Below, piece after piece: positions 49,816 through 63,040 of a DNA stretch of 64,000 bases (the stretch's first letter is position 1; every line of letters begins with the position of its first letter). The notes under the pieces are model-generated. The model was not told where the DNA came from. It worked only from the letters and a program-made list of their open reading frames with translations, and searched no databases. A program made the position numbers and the translations under genes. Source of the DNA: Octopus sinensis (taxonomy: Eukaryota); the NCBI RefSeq assembly GCF_006345805.1, contig NC_043002.1:3906001-3970000 (forward strand), in the 5' to 3' direction.

Positions 49816-51658
49816 CACTGATGCTATATTCCTGGTCCGACAACTGCAGGAGAAGTACCTAGCTAAAGATAAACCCCTCTACATAGCTTTTGTGGACTTG
49901 GAGAAAGCCTTTGACAGGGTCCCCCGATCCCTTATCTGGTGGTCGATGCGGAAACTGGAGATTGACGAATGGCTAATAAGGGCTGTACAGGCCCTATACA
50001 GAGAGGCTGTCAGCAAGGTTAGGATTGGCAACGAATATAGTGAAGAATTCCGGGTAGAAGTAGGTGTGCACCAAGGCTCAGCCCTCAGTCCCCTTTTATT
50101 CATCATAGTCCTCCAGGCAATAACAGAGGAATTCAAAACAGGTTGCCCCTGGGAGCTCCTCTATGCTGATGACCTGGCTCTCAGCAGAATCACTACCGGA
50201 ACTAGAAAAGAAATTTCGGGTGTGGAAGCAAGGGGTAGAATCAAAGGGCCTTAGAGTAAATGTAGCAAAGACCAAAGTTATAGTAAGCAGAAAGGCGAAC
50301 TTAGCACACACCCCATCGGGCAGGTGGCCCTGCTCGATCTGTAGGAAAGGTGTAGGTAGAAACTCCATAAGATGCACCCAGTGTAAGCTATGGACGCAAA
50401 AGAGGTGCAGCAACATCAAAGGGAAATTAACTGATAAGATAGCTTTCATGTGCGGCAGATGCACAGGGACAATAGACACCACAGATACTCAGAAAACAGA
50501 TTCCATCACACTCCAGGGGGAGAAACTAGAAGTAGTTGATAGTTTCCGCTACCTGGGTGACCAAGTTAGTAGTGGAGGTGGATGCTCAGAGAGCGTCACC
50601 ACTAGAATACGAATAGCCTGGGCAAAGTTTAGAAAGCTCCTACCCCCACTGGCGACAAAGGGTCTCTCGCTCAGAGTGAAAGGTAGATTGTATGATGCAT
50701 GTGTGCGAACTGCTATGCTTCACGGTAGTGAAACATGGGCCGTGACTGCAGAGGACATGCGTAGACTTGAAAGAAATGAAGCTAGCATGATCCGCTGGAT
50801 GTGTAATGTCAGTGTGCACGCACGACAGAGGGTAAGCACCCTGAGAGAAATGCTGGACATAAGAAGCATCAGATGTGGTGTGCAAGAGCGACGCTTGCGA
50901 TGGTATGGTCATGTACTGCGGATGGATGAGGAGAGATGAGTGAAGTGCTGCTCCCAAACAGTTGAAGGTATCAGGGGGAGAGACACAGGAAGACATGGGA
51001 TGAGGTAGTCAAGCATGACCTCAGAGCGTTGGGCCTCACAGAGGCAATGACGAAGGACTGAGATCTCTGGAGATATGCTGTGACTGCAAAGACCTGGGCT
51101 GCTTCCTGCACCAGTCCTGCATAGCCTCTGCCCATTCAAAGTACCTTGGATTCCAGAACATCCCGCTGTGCTTGAGGAGACCTATTGAGTTAAGTACATG
51201 AACATCGAAATAAATATCAATGGAAATAGTAGTTGTGATACCTGTGCCAGTGGCACATAAAAAGCACCTTCGGAACGTGGCTGATGCCAGCGCAGCCACG
51301 ACTGGCTTCTGTGCCGGTGGCACATAAAAAGCACCACCCGAACGTGGCCGATGCCAGCGCTGCCTCGACTGGCTTCTGTGCCGGTGGCACATAAAAAGCA
51401 CCATCCGAACGTGGCCGATGCCAGTGCCGCCTCGACTGGCTTCTGTGCTGGTGGCACGTTAAAAGCACCAACCGATCGTGGCCGATGCCAGAGGCACGTA
51501 AAAAGCACCCACTACACTCGCGGAGTGGTTGGCGTTAGGAAGGGCATCCTGCTGTAGAAACACTGCTAGATCAGACTGGAGCCTGGTGCAGCCCCTGGAA
51601 CCGTCCAACCCGTGCTAACATGGAAAACGGACGTTAAACGATGATGATGATCATCATG
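49811..51658 (+). mobile_element. 5'-truncated RTE LINE with frameshift near YADD; 3' UTR with 67-bp units (MED21 intron 1)
   Basis: ORFs 49715-50254 and 50163-50939 overlap across a frameshift; hairpin modules at 51244, 51311, 51378 and 51445. Confidence 0.92.
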
Positions 51659-51659
51659 A

Positions 51660-52440
51660 TACACACACAAAGGATGCAGTGAATATATTGTCGTCTAAAT
51701 TATGCAAAAATGAAAATAACACTGACATCTCATTTTAAGATATATTTACCAAAATTACATTAAAATATTTCGAAATACTAAAGAGTAAATTTATTTACTA
51801 AAATCATTATTGGCTTCAACCACGGCCTCCAGACGACTTCAGAATCTCCTGCAACTCTTCTGGACGGTCTCCTTGTTTAAGTTGGCGAGTGCTGCCATAA
51901 TCCTTGCCTTCAGTTCATCTTTGGTGTTACAAGGAGTTTTGTTGGTCTCTCACTCAACTGTACCCCACACATAATAACCAAGGGGGTTGCAGTCTAGGTG
52001 GCCAGATGTTAGGGGTGATGCGGTTTCAGAAATTCTCTGACAGCCATGACTAGGTTCTCTTGCTTGTGTGGCGTGGTGCAGAGTCCTGTTGCCAGACATA
52101 GGGTCTTCCAGCAGCCACCCTCTTAACCCAGGGCAGTACCATCTCCTCCAGGCACTTGATGTAGGCCTCCATGTTGAGACTGAGGCCGTGTGTGAAGATG
52201 AATGGAGGCATAGCATCGCCATGACTAGTGATTAGTCCAAACACCATGATGTTGACTGGATGTTTGATTTTCATCACTCTCGGTACATGTCCTCAGATTG
52301 ACACCCAAACACTCTGAAATGTTCATACTGAATTTTCTGGCATGAGCGCCAAGCAGTAGAGCATGTTGTTTCCAAATTTCTGACAGAGTGAATTGCGTCA
52401 TGGTGCTGTTCCTCTCACAGATGGTGCCCAACTGACCCTA
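51660..52440 (-). mobile_element. Decayed Tc1/mariner-superfamily transposase fragment
   Basis: KHPVNIMVFGLITSHG..PPFIF...PYVWQQDSAPRHTSK and DCNPLGYYVWG. Confidence 0.8.
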
Positions 52441-53099
52441 CTATACTGTGTAGTCAACAAAATTAAAAATATGAGTCAAGTATAGGAAACCGATCAAACC
52501 CTTTGCGCCTACGTTACAAAGCAAGTTCTCATCCATATTTTATGCTTAAATGGGGGTTATTTCCCTTTAAGTTAATGAACCAGAATCTTAGTCGTACTTT
52601 TTACATTATACGCATTCACTTAAATTTATTTTTAATTTCTATATATTCCTCATTCTAGAGCAATATTAATGCAATTTATTGTTTAATTATTCCTCTGTCT
52701 TTCACTTCTAGAGGATTTTGTTGATTTTTTTCTTTTCATTTTTTTCTTTTTTTGAAAACGAATAGGAATGTATCAACATTTGAATTGTTGATAAGGCCCC
52801 GATTAATCCTATGATTAAAGAAAGTCATTCAGTGGCCATACCGTCTAGTTAAGGATATATAGAATTACATTGTATAATGTACCCTTCCTTATGTAAGGCA
52901 GTGGAGTGTGGTTTAAAGAATAGCAGCTGCTATTCCTAGAATGTCAAATGATTGCTTAGAAGTTTCATAGTTATAATCAGTTGCTAGAAATGGTCTGTAA
53001 TTTACAGAAAGGATGTGAGAAGTGTCTCGGGAACAGCACATAGAGACAGGCGAAAGGAGAATTAGAACCAGCGGACAAGTTCTCAAACCCCTTCGACTC

Positions 53100-53800
53100 G
53101 CAAACAATATGGATCTTGTGTCAAAAGATTCGAACGAACTTCAAACCAGATAAGAACGACTAAATACAGAAAACAAGGCAGTAGGGCTGGGAATTAACTG
53201 AAAAATAAAATAACCAAATAGTGATCCATAAATGGGATGGAGGAAGTTCCCGGTATCCAAGTGGAAGAAACATCCTTTCAAATAATAAAGTTATACTTAC
53301 TTTGGCCAACTAAAAGCAACCAAGTAGAAAGAGGGAAAAGGAAACCAGCGACAGGATTTCGGATTTGAAGTCGGTGAGAGTGCGAAGTAAATTCCACTTT
53401 TAAGAGCAGAGTATATGAAAACATTAAAAGCCGAGCTGACAACTGTCTTCTTAGCAATTTACGGTGCAGAAATATGAAATATGACGCCTGACAATCAAGA
53501 GAAGGACAGAAAAACAGGCTCTCGGACACATTACACTAGGAATAATGTGGAAAGACCATAAAACAATGAAACGGGTTCGCAAATTATTAAAATATATTGA
53601 AACGGAGTCGGATTGGATACGAACAAAGAAAAAATGAAAACAATTAGACAGAAAAGCTGAGAGAGTGGATTCGGAGAGACCAGCGCAAAAGAAATAGATG
53701 AAGGCAAGAAAAGTGAAAGAGGGATGAAATGGATATAGAGTAGGAAAACTGAAGAACCAAGATTGAAACGGTTGAGAGTCGGATAATGGGAGGGAGTCTT
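53100..53800 (+). mobile_element. Highly decayed RTE-like fragment
   Basis: Remnants FKSRVY and IYGAEI(W) resemble the RTE C-terminus; many stops. Confidence 0.35.
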
Positions 53801-53981
53801 TTGACTCGGCAAAGCAAGAGTCATGGCTGGTTTCATTGATGGAGAAGAAAGACGATATGTTTCTTACCGTGTTGCTATAAAAAATACAATTTTATGGTAC
53901 TGTTGTAAAACTTGTGTAATATAGTCAATAGATGATGCGACGAAATTTTGAAAAATACTTAAAACGAAGTAAAATACTCGC

Positions 53982-54023
53982 CTGATTGACAACATCTTGG
54001 AGTTGAGTCAAACGGTCAGCCAT
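53982..54023 (-). CDS. MED21: MED21 exon 1
   Basis: Minus strand aacATGGCTGACCGTTTGACTCAACTCCAAGATGTTGTCAATCAG|GCgagt; MADRLTQLQDVVNQ (human MADRLTQLQDAVNS), 42 nt, non-canonical GC donor. Confidence 0.93.
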
Positions 54024-54148
54024 GTTGATGTTGTTATAAAAGCTAGAAACAGAAGAAATGACATTTTCGTTTCGGATTAAATAATTCGCAACGCAGAGGC
54101 TTAAGAGAATTTAAAATTTATAGAACATGTCAATTTTTTTTAATTATC

Positions 54149-54199
<51 letters not shown>

Positions 54200-54555
54200 T
54201 AATTAAATATATCAGTAACGAGACTAAACAGTTGCGAACGGTTCGAAGTTTCGTATTCCACTATTGTTTGTTTTTCAGTAATTGTGTAAAATATTTGTAA
54301 AATGTATAGAATTTAACCAAAAATAACTGATTATATCCACTAGAATGATAAATTAAATAATTACTATGGGGACTTGTTAAATAATTGGTTGTAAACAATT
54401 TGTTGTTTTAGTGATAGAATCAATTGTAAATTATCAAAAATTTACCGAATTAAGTAGAAAGAGGTGAGTTAAGTGTTGTTTGGCATTACAGAAACAAGTG
54501 TGCGTAGTTTGTTTATTTAGTCAGGTGTTCTTTCCTTTTATACCTATACAGTTAG

Positions 54556-54840
54556 GGTACTACTTGAGAACAGTGCGCGCACTCGCATAGTCGCGCATCC
54601 GCGCTAGCTAGTCGTGACTAGTCGATCCTACAACGACTACCTAGTAAAGTAAATAAAACACAAAATAAATCATTTTTTTAAAACAAAATAATTTTTGTTA
54701 AACAAAGTAAATAAAACAAAAATACAAAGTAAATAATTTTTTAAACAAAGTAAGCACACAAAAACACAAAGTAAGGATCGACTAGTCATGACTAGCTAGC
54801 GCGAGTGCGCGCACCGAGACCACTTTTCTCAAGTAGTACC
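54556..54840. mobile_element. MITE / foldback element with about 70-bp palindrome-rich TIRs upstream of MED21
   Basis: GGTACTACTTGAGAA...GTGCGCGCACTCGC...GCGCTAGCTAGTCGTGACTAGTCGATCCT mirrored at the right end; A-rich core. Confidence 0.85.
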
Positions 54841-56266
54841 TAAATTTAATACTAACTAACTCTCTCTCTCTCTCTCACCTGTTTGTCTCATTCAATCATC
54901 TTCGATCCATGAGATATTGGCATTTCCAGAATTCTTGCTTTCTGGGTTCTATAATGAATGGAAAACTCACAGAATAAAATTAAAGGGGATTTTAAATTAT
55001 TGCTAATGATGGGAAAACCGGGGGGAAAATATCCATCAATGACAGGCATTTTAATTATTCTGGTCGTATTTCGGTCTTATTAAGATCTCGTCAACAAAGC
55101 AGAGACTTCACCACAAATGCTGAAGTAGCGGTGAAATGATCACTAGGAAAATATACAAGATTTGCCGTGTTACTTTCTCGTATTTACTTCTTTTAACCCA
55201 GCAATCACATTATCTATTTTAGTTAGGGGGCCAACCAGGGCCGGATTAAGACCCATCGAGGCCCTAAGCACTTAAAAGATGTTGGTACCCCCATAAAAGA
55301 TTATGTAATTCAAAATATAAACAATAACAAACCATAAAATAAATTTTGTTTTTCAAAATGAACCAAAACAGTAAAAAAGGGAAAATATTGTTTGTTTTTG
55401 TATACTTTCACTATGAGTCTCTGCCCAGTGCAGATACGGTCCTGTCTCCCACCAACTCTTAGATCCTGGATCTTCCACTAGGGTCCTCAATGGCAGGGCT
55501 GACATGATATCCATGTGTACACATGACTACATATTCTCCTCAAATAACTAGTAAAATCATGGTACGTGAAATCAGGTTATATTCACTTGCAAGTGGTGGC
55601 TGTGGGTAATTAGTTGTAAGTTAGAGAGACCAGAGTAAATGCAGCACAAATATTTCAAATCCTTTCATTAAGACTGGGAATAATCTTGACACATTTTCTT
55701 ACAAACAAGCCCTGCGTGAAGGACTGGTGGGTGAGAGAGGAAACAAATTTTCTCCTAATAAATGGAGGAATACAGTTATAAGAACAAATATTACAAAACA
55801 TGTATTAATTATCCTTACCAAAACTCAACTTTAAAGCTGAAAATGTATCTATAACAATTTCTATATCCGTCTTCCTTACAAAACCCTTTTCCATTATCAA
55901 AAACCTCAATCTGTCTTTGTATTTGGAAGTCCTCAGCACATGACATGGTGTCTACCAATAATGGAACCTTGGGCAATTGCCTAAATTGTTGATAGGTTCA
56001 GCCAGCCCTAGTTATAGTGTCCAGTTTAGTAAACATATTTACTTCCATACGTTAGTTACCAAAGAAAGGATTTCTTCAATCACCTAATTCAGTGGTGCCT
56101 TAACATATGGGCACAACGGGCACTTGACCAGAGACCCCCATGGATCTAAGGGTCCAAGCCAATCTATGTTGGGGCTCACTGTCAATGAATAAACATCACT
56201 TGCTCCAGTATACTACTTTACCCAAAGGTCTTTAATACTATTAAAATTCTTTAATACTATTCATCC

Positions 56267-56552
56267 TGTGGTGTGAATGATAAAAGGAGGACAACAGAAA
56301 AAGGAGAAAGGAAATATAATCGGCGAAGATTAGTCTACCAAATATAATCGGCGAAGATTAGTCTACCAAAACTCAGCGAAGATCAGATCTCTCTCGATAC
56401 GTCTCATCCCTTCGTTGTGTCAGCTGCAACTCTTGCTTCGTTGATCCCACACATGCGTCGTCCCTCACTGCTTCCGCGTCCTGCCGCGCATGCGCCCTGC
56501 AAGCCCTACTTCCGCCCTCCCCTTATCTGTTGTCCTCTCCACCGACACCACA
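56267..56552. mobile_element. Solo LTR
   Basis: CATCC|TGTGGTG...CACCACA|CATCC: TG...CA termini, 7-bp inverted ends, 5-bp TSD. Confidence 0.8.
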
Positions 56553-57469
56553 CATCCACAGACTGAGTCTGCTGTGATGCATCTACAAACAAACATACAT
56601 AACATCTAAGGGTAGATTCTTTTCCTTCTGCGGGGATCATGCTCAGAAATATGAACTTAATAATTAATTAATTTCACTGTGTATAATTGATTTTCAGCTG
56701 TAAGGGATAATGATCAATTTGTTGCTGATAATAAACTCTTCACTCCATTTCCTTCTTTTTCCTTCATATGCATATATATATACACACACACACACACATA
56801 TATATACATATATATTACTATAGTTCCAGCTCAGAGCTGCAGCCATGCTGATGCACTGCCATTTATATATATATATAAGACAAGGTTCTTCCATCAGTTT
56901 CCATCAACCAAATCCATTCACAAGGCTAAACACTTGGTTTGCCTGGAGCTATAGGAGACTAGCTTAAGAGCCACTCTATTGAACAGCTTTCAAGCTAGCT
57001 CCTGTGGAGGGTTCTTCATTGGGCCTTGGGCCCAACAATGGCACTTCATGCATTGAGGACATATTCAATTTTATTAAACTTGACCAATATTTTTCAAGCA
57101 ATGAACAATTTTCATTAAAACAATGATATAATTTGTCGACTTGGAACTTATTGCAAAGCTGCATGATAAACATTTTTTTGTGTTCCCATTCAGGGTTCAG
57201 CACAATACTTTTTTCTGTCTAACCTCTTTCTTTCTCTCAATTGTTTTCAACCATCACCATCACCACTGCCATACACATACTATTCAGACTTCTGACGCCA
57301 CCACCATCAATACCTTTAATCCATAGTGGACATCTCAGCCTGTTCCTGTCTAGTGTTTATAATAGTAAAGTTACAAGTCAAAATTTGGTACATTTCTTCT
57401 ACACAAGGCTCACATTTATTATCACCTATTATATAAGGTTTTGTTTTACTAATTGTTTCCCAGGCAATT

Positions 57470-58780
57470 GAAAATACTTTGTTACCATCTTTTAGTGTCC
57501 AAATTAGCTTATTAAGGCTGGTAATATTCTTTTTGTTCCTATTTCTAAATGAACTTAAATGATTGGCAATTACACTGCTTAATATAACATGAGCTAGTTT
57601 CTATATAGAAATACCCTCTATTCTCTGAGGTAATCTTACGTCTGTATATGATATTTTTATGCCTACAGTTAGAGTTAAGTGGACAGGCCCTGTTCCTTGC
57701 ACAGTCGCATTCAATAGTTCTACTACTTCTGTTACTACTATTCATTTCACCTACTCTAGATGTGATTTCTAAATTCTCCTGTCTATAGTCCTTTCCACAT
57801 AGATGACATTCTGAGTACTTTGTTTTTTAGGACTCACATCTACTACTTCCAGGTTAATTGTTGTGTTTTCTCGGGTCTCTTCAATTTTATTGGTTGTCAA
57901 ACCATTGTTCCTATCCTGATACCTAGTTGTGTTACAGTTTGTCCGCTCATGTTGACATTGTTGCTATTCATTGATCTATAATTATAATTCGGTTATCATT
58001 ATTGCTGTTGTTCATATGGAAACTGTTAAATTTACTACCATTGTGTACAGCTATAATTTGTGCTAGATTTTTGCTATTAGAAAAAGCTAATCTAACCCTA
58101 TTTTTATTAAAAATTCTATAGTATTTACTGTCTTTTGGAAAATGTTTAGTCAATACCGAATAAACAATTTTAGTATATTGGAAATTATTTGTTTTCTAAA
58201 GGTAATTATATACCATTTGATATAACTAGCGTTGTCCAATATTACTGAAGTATGTATTTCTATTTCTACCTAAGCTTTTTTGTAAAAGTGTGTACTCTAT
58301 TTATCTGGTTCTTATTTGTTTGCTATTATATTTGACATTATATTAGTCAATTATTTGTATATTACTATATATAGAGTTTATGTATTGTTTATCTCCCCTG
58401 TCTGCATGGGACCTCTTCATTGGTCCATTCATATCTAAGCCACTTTGGACTTCATTTGGCACAGATTCAAGTAAATACGTACTCATCTTTTTGTTTCTAG
58501 GTACTCTATTGTTATATTCTAATTGCACAGGTTTCCTATCTTTAACTCTTCCTATTTTCTGTTCTATTTGGTTTGTGGTGTTCTTCATATTATACATACT
58601 ATTTTGATTATCGTCAGAATGGGCCATCCTGCCACTTATATTATTTCTACCATTACTACCATCAAAGAATTCCAATTCTTCTCTATATCCCACTTCTCTA
58701 ATGTGAAATTATAAAAATCCCCATTTAATTTAAATGCTTCCTCATTCGCTGAGAGGTTACTAATGCAGATTACTATATTC
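57470..58780 (-). mobile_element. Decayed Penelope-like element (C-terminal RT-linker and GIY-YIG region)
   Basis: SNLSANEEAF; HFPKDSKYYRIFNKNRVRLAFS; CDCARNRACPLNSNCRHKNIIY...FYI, the CxC..CPL..C zinc linker before GIY-YIG. Confidence 0.7.
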
Positions 58781-59965
58781 TCTACTATAGATTGGGTTAT
58801 ATATTTTATACGTATATGTGTGTGTACACACACACATATATATATACATATGTGTGTATATATATATATACATACACATATATATCATCATCATATATAT
58901 ATATATATATATATACGCACATACAAACATAAGTATATATGCAGACACCTAAACATACACACACACATATATATATATACACACACACATACATGTGTGT
59001 GTGTGTGTGTGTATGCATGCGTTTGCATGTGTGTTATGTGCATGCTAATGTTTAGTGGTTTAAAGCCAGAATTGAGTCAAAAAGCGTAATTCTGAGATTC
59101 AATTAATAAAGATTGCTGAAATAAGTAGTGGGATCAATATGATTGACCAAAACCCTTTGAAGAGGTGCCCCAGCATGGCCATAATTCAATTACTAAGTCC
59201 AGTAATGAAACAGTAAGCACTCCATAACTACATTAACCTTGAGACACTTACGCTTAATGTTCCTTACCTACAAACGATGTCAATAATTATGTGGTTGCTG
59301 TTTTCCTGAGTCATAAATATTAAATTGAGCAAACATGACCTTTATTTAGGTTCTCTTCCTTTGAAGTTTGATCTCTCCAAGTTCCAGATCCAAATGCATC
59401 TCCGGTCCCATGACAAAGCAACTAATTTAATTAAGTATTTGAAAAACAGTGAAAAAAAACCGTTTTAAAAAATTAATTATAAAATGGATTTGACATGAGA
59501 TTCAGCTGATGGTGACCAAAGCTATCTCATGCCTTGTCTGACAGAATCTCCATTTGACAGATATCAATGACAACAACAACAATAAAAATCATGCTACAGA
59601 ATGCTAGGGTGTGAGAAACATATAGATTAAAAATTCTCCTGGGGCCGTATAAAAAGCATCAACTGGAAATCAATACACATTTCATAGAAGCATCTAAAGG
59701 TCAATGATAAAATGCTGCACACTGCTAAATTTGGTGAGGATGGAGAAATTTGATCAAAATCCAAATCAGGTTATGAAATACCCACCATATTTCATCGTTA
59801 AGCATATTCTGTACAAATGCATGTTTTAATTGCATTTTTTTCTTATTTTTTTAAATATAACTTTATGTTACTAAACACTAAATGCTAATCTGAAATACTT
59901 TCAGTAATTATATATATGAATTCTTCTGCTAACAAAACTTAGTTTTGCTTTTAATTGACTATGTG

Positions 59966-60342
59966 TCATGGATGGAAGCACTCCGTCGGTTATGACGACG
60001 AGGGTTCCGGTTGATCCGAATCAACGGAACAGCCTGCTCGTGAAATTAACGTGTAAGTGGCTGAGCACTCCACAGACACGTGCACCCTTAACGTAGTTCT
60101 CGGGGATATTCAGCGTGACACAGAGAGTGACAAGGCCGGCCCTTTGAAATACAGGTACAACAGAAACAGGAAGTAAGAGTGAGAGAAAGTTGTGGTGAAA
60201 GAGTACAGCAGGGATCACCACCATCCCCTGCCGGAGCCTCGTGGAGCTTTAGGTGTTTTCGCTCAATAAACACTCACAACGCCCGGTCTGGGAATCGAAA
60301 CCGCAAGTCCGCTGCCCTAACTACCAGGCCATTGCGCCTCCT
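59966..60342 (-). mobile_element. tRNA-derived SINE with family C head and a different 3' tail
   Basis: About 170 nt near-identical to the 44232 copy (head and body); 3' part unrelated. Confidence 0.8.
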
Positions 60343-60744
60343 ACTATGTGTTATATAACATAAGCTGGTTGTCCCCTAGAACACCCTACAAACGTTGTCA
60401 TCATCATCGTTTTCCATACTGGCATCGGTTGAATGGTTTGACTGGAGCTTCACCAGGTTCCATGGTCTGCTTTGGCGTGGTTTATAGCCACATATACTTC
60501 TTAACTTAGTCATCTCCAAAGAATTCCTCATCTCTTCAACTGTTTTTCTGTTCATCAGAAACATTCCATAAGTCATAATAATATCCTCCATTGCTGCAGA
60601 GACAACCCTTAACAGTTCCATACACAGTCCCATCCTTTGTGGAAAGCACTTGTCGTAGATTCATTTGTTTTATCAAAGACAACTCTTGTTGCATCTTTCA
60701 AAAAATGTTTCACACAAATCAGTTTATGTTTAAAGGCTAATTAT

Positions 60745-60915
60745 GGCGCAGGAGTGGCTGTGTGGTAAGTAGCTTGTTTACCAACCACATGGTTCCGGGT
60801 TCAGTCCCACTGCATGGCACCTTGGGCAAGTGTCTTCTACTATAGCCTCGGGCCGACCAATGCCTTGTGAGTGGATTTGCTAGACGGAAACTGAAAGAAG
60901 CCTGTTGTATATATG

Positions 60916-60948
<33 letters not shown>

Positions 60949-61150
60949 TTGTGTGTCTGTGTTTGTCCCCCTAGCATTGCTTGACAACCGATGCTGGTGT
61001 GTTTATGTCCCCGTCACTTAGCGGTTCGGCAAAAGAGACCGATAGAATAAGTACTGGGCTTACAAAGAATAAGTCCCAGGGTCGATTTGCTCGACTAAAG
61101 GCAGTGCTCCAGCATGGCCACAGTCAAATGACTGAAACAAGTAAAAAAGT
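60745..61150 (+). mobile_element. SINE family A copy, full length
   Basis: ggcgcaggagtggctgtgtggtaag...ccagcatggccacagtcaaatgactgaaacaagtaaaa. Confidence 0.88.
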
Positions 61151-61448
61151 AAAAGTAATTAACTTGTTCATAATCAGCACTCCATCACTATCATCTCCTT
61201 CCCACCCACTCCCCAGTCACAAGTCCCCTCCATAGCAACTTACATATACTTGTCCCACTATCATCAGGGGTTCTTAATAATTTTTTTTGTATTACTCCTT
61301 TCTAAGTTTTTTGTGCGTATGTATGAACTTTTACATGTGTGTGTGGGTTTGTATGTATATGCATATACATTTGGCAAAAGATGCGAGTGAAGATGTGTAC
61401 ATTTTTCTAGTGATGTATGCGTACGCATGTGGGTGTGAGAGTGCACGT

Positions 61449-63040
61449 ATCATCATCATCATCATCGTCGTTTAACGTCCGTTCTCCATGCTAGCATGGG
61501 TTGGACGGTTCGACCGGGGTTCTGGGAAGCCAGAAGGCTGCACCAGGCTCCAGTCTAATTTGGCAATGTTTCTACAGCTGGATGCCCTTCCTAACGCCAA
61601 CCACTCCGTGAGTGTAGTGGGTGCTTTTTACGTGCCACCTGCACAGGTGCCAGGCGGGGCTGGCAACGGCCACGGTCAGATGGTGTATTTTATGTGCCAC
61701 CGGCACGGAAGCCAGTCGAGGCGGTGCTGGCATCGGCCACGAGTCGGATAGTGCTTTTTACGTACCACCAGACCAGGGATCCTGGCTGGTTCAATTCGAT
61801 TACGATTTCGCTTGCCCCAACATGTCTTCACAAGCAAAGGGGGTTGGCAAGGGTGCCTGTCGTACGGTCGCATTGGAGTATTTTACGTGCCACGGCCACG
61901 AGTCGGATAGTGCTTTTTACGTACCACCAGACCAGGGATCCTGGCTGGTTCAATTCGATTTCGATTTTCGATTTCGCTTGCCCCAACATGTCTTCACAAG
62001 CAAAGGGGGTTGGCATGGGTGCCTGTCGTACGGTCGCATTGGAGTATTTTACGTGCCACGGCCCCGAGTCGGATAGTGCTTTTTACGTACCACCAGGCCA
62101 GGGATCCTGGCTGGTTCAATTCGGTTTCGATTTCGATTTCGATTTCGCTTGCCCCAACATGTCTTCGCAAGCATGGGGGGTTGGGATGGGTGTCTGTCGT
62201 CGGATGAGGTTCTATATCGACTTCGCTTGCCTCAACCGGTCTTTGTGTCCAAGGGAGGAAAGGCATTCATAAGTGGGCTGGGCTCACTTGTCCTGCCTGG
62301 TCTTCTCACGTACAGAATATTTCCAAAGGTCTCGGTCTCTGGTCATTTCCTCAGTGAGGCCTAAAGTTCGAAGGTCGTGCTTCACCACCTCGTCCCAGGT
62401 TTTCCTGGGTCTACCTCTTCCACGGGTTCCCTCAACTGCTAGGGATTGGCACTTCTCTCACACACCTATCTTCATCCATTCTCGCCACATGACCATACCA
62501 GCGCAATCGTCTCTCTTGCACACCACAACTGATGCTTCTTAGGTACAACATTTCTCTCAAGGTGCTAACGCTCTGTCGAGTATGTACACTGACATTACAC
62601 ATCCATCGGAGCATACTGGCTTCATTCCTCACGAGCTTACGCATGTCCTCAGCAGTCACAGCCCATGTTTCGCTGCCATGTAGCATGGCTGTTCGTACAC
62701 ACGCATCATACAGTCTGCCTTTTACTCTGAGCGAGAGGCCTTTAGTCACCAGCAGAGGTAAGAGCTCCCTAAACTTTGCCCAGGCTATTCTTATTCTAGC
62801 AGTTACACTTTCAGCGCACCCACCCCCACTACTGACTTGGTCACCTAGATAACGGAAGCTATCAACTACTTCTAGTTTTTCCCCCTGGAAAGTGACGGAA
62901 GTTGTTTTCTGCAGATTTTCGGAGGTTAATGCTCCCGAGCATCTGCCACATACAAAAACTATCTTCCCAGTTAGCCTACCTTTGACATTGCTGCACCTCT
63001 TATGTGTCCATAGCTTACACTGGGTACATCTTATAGAGAG
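61449..63040 (-). mobile_element. 5'-truncated RTE LINE with about 160-bp 3' UTR units
   Basis: ORF 62432-62749 (KGLSLRVKGRLYDACVRTAMLHGSETW); units at 61741, 61900 and 62066; standard tail. Confidence 0.9.

Noticed and set aside
51240-51510. CRISPR-like look of palindromic 25-bp repeats with spacers (also 2460-2640, 24477-24700)
   Set aside because: Spacers are homologous to each other, the arrays are LINE 3' UTRs in a eukaryote, and there are no cas genes.
56976-57203. 75-aa minus-strand ORF with protein-like composition
   Set aside because: No polypyrimidine acceptor, in-frame stop just upstream, no recognisable homology.
60480-60700. Open minus-strand frames (KDGTVYGTVKGCLCSNGGYYYDLW...)
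   Set aside because: Could not link to other exons or a known family; length attainable by chance.
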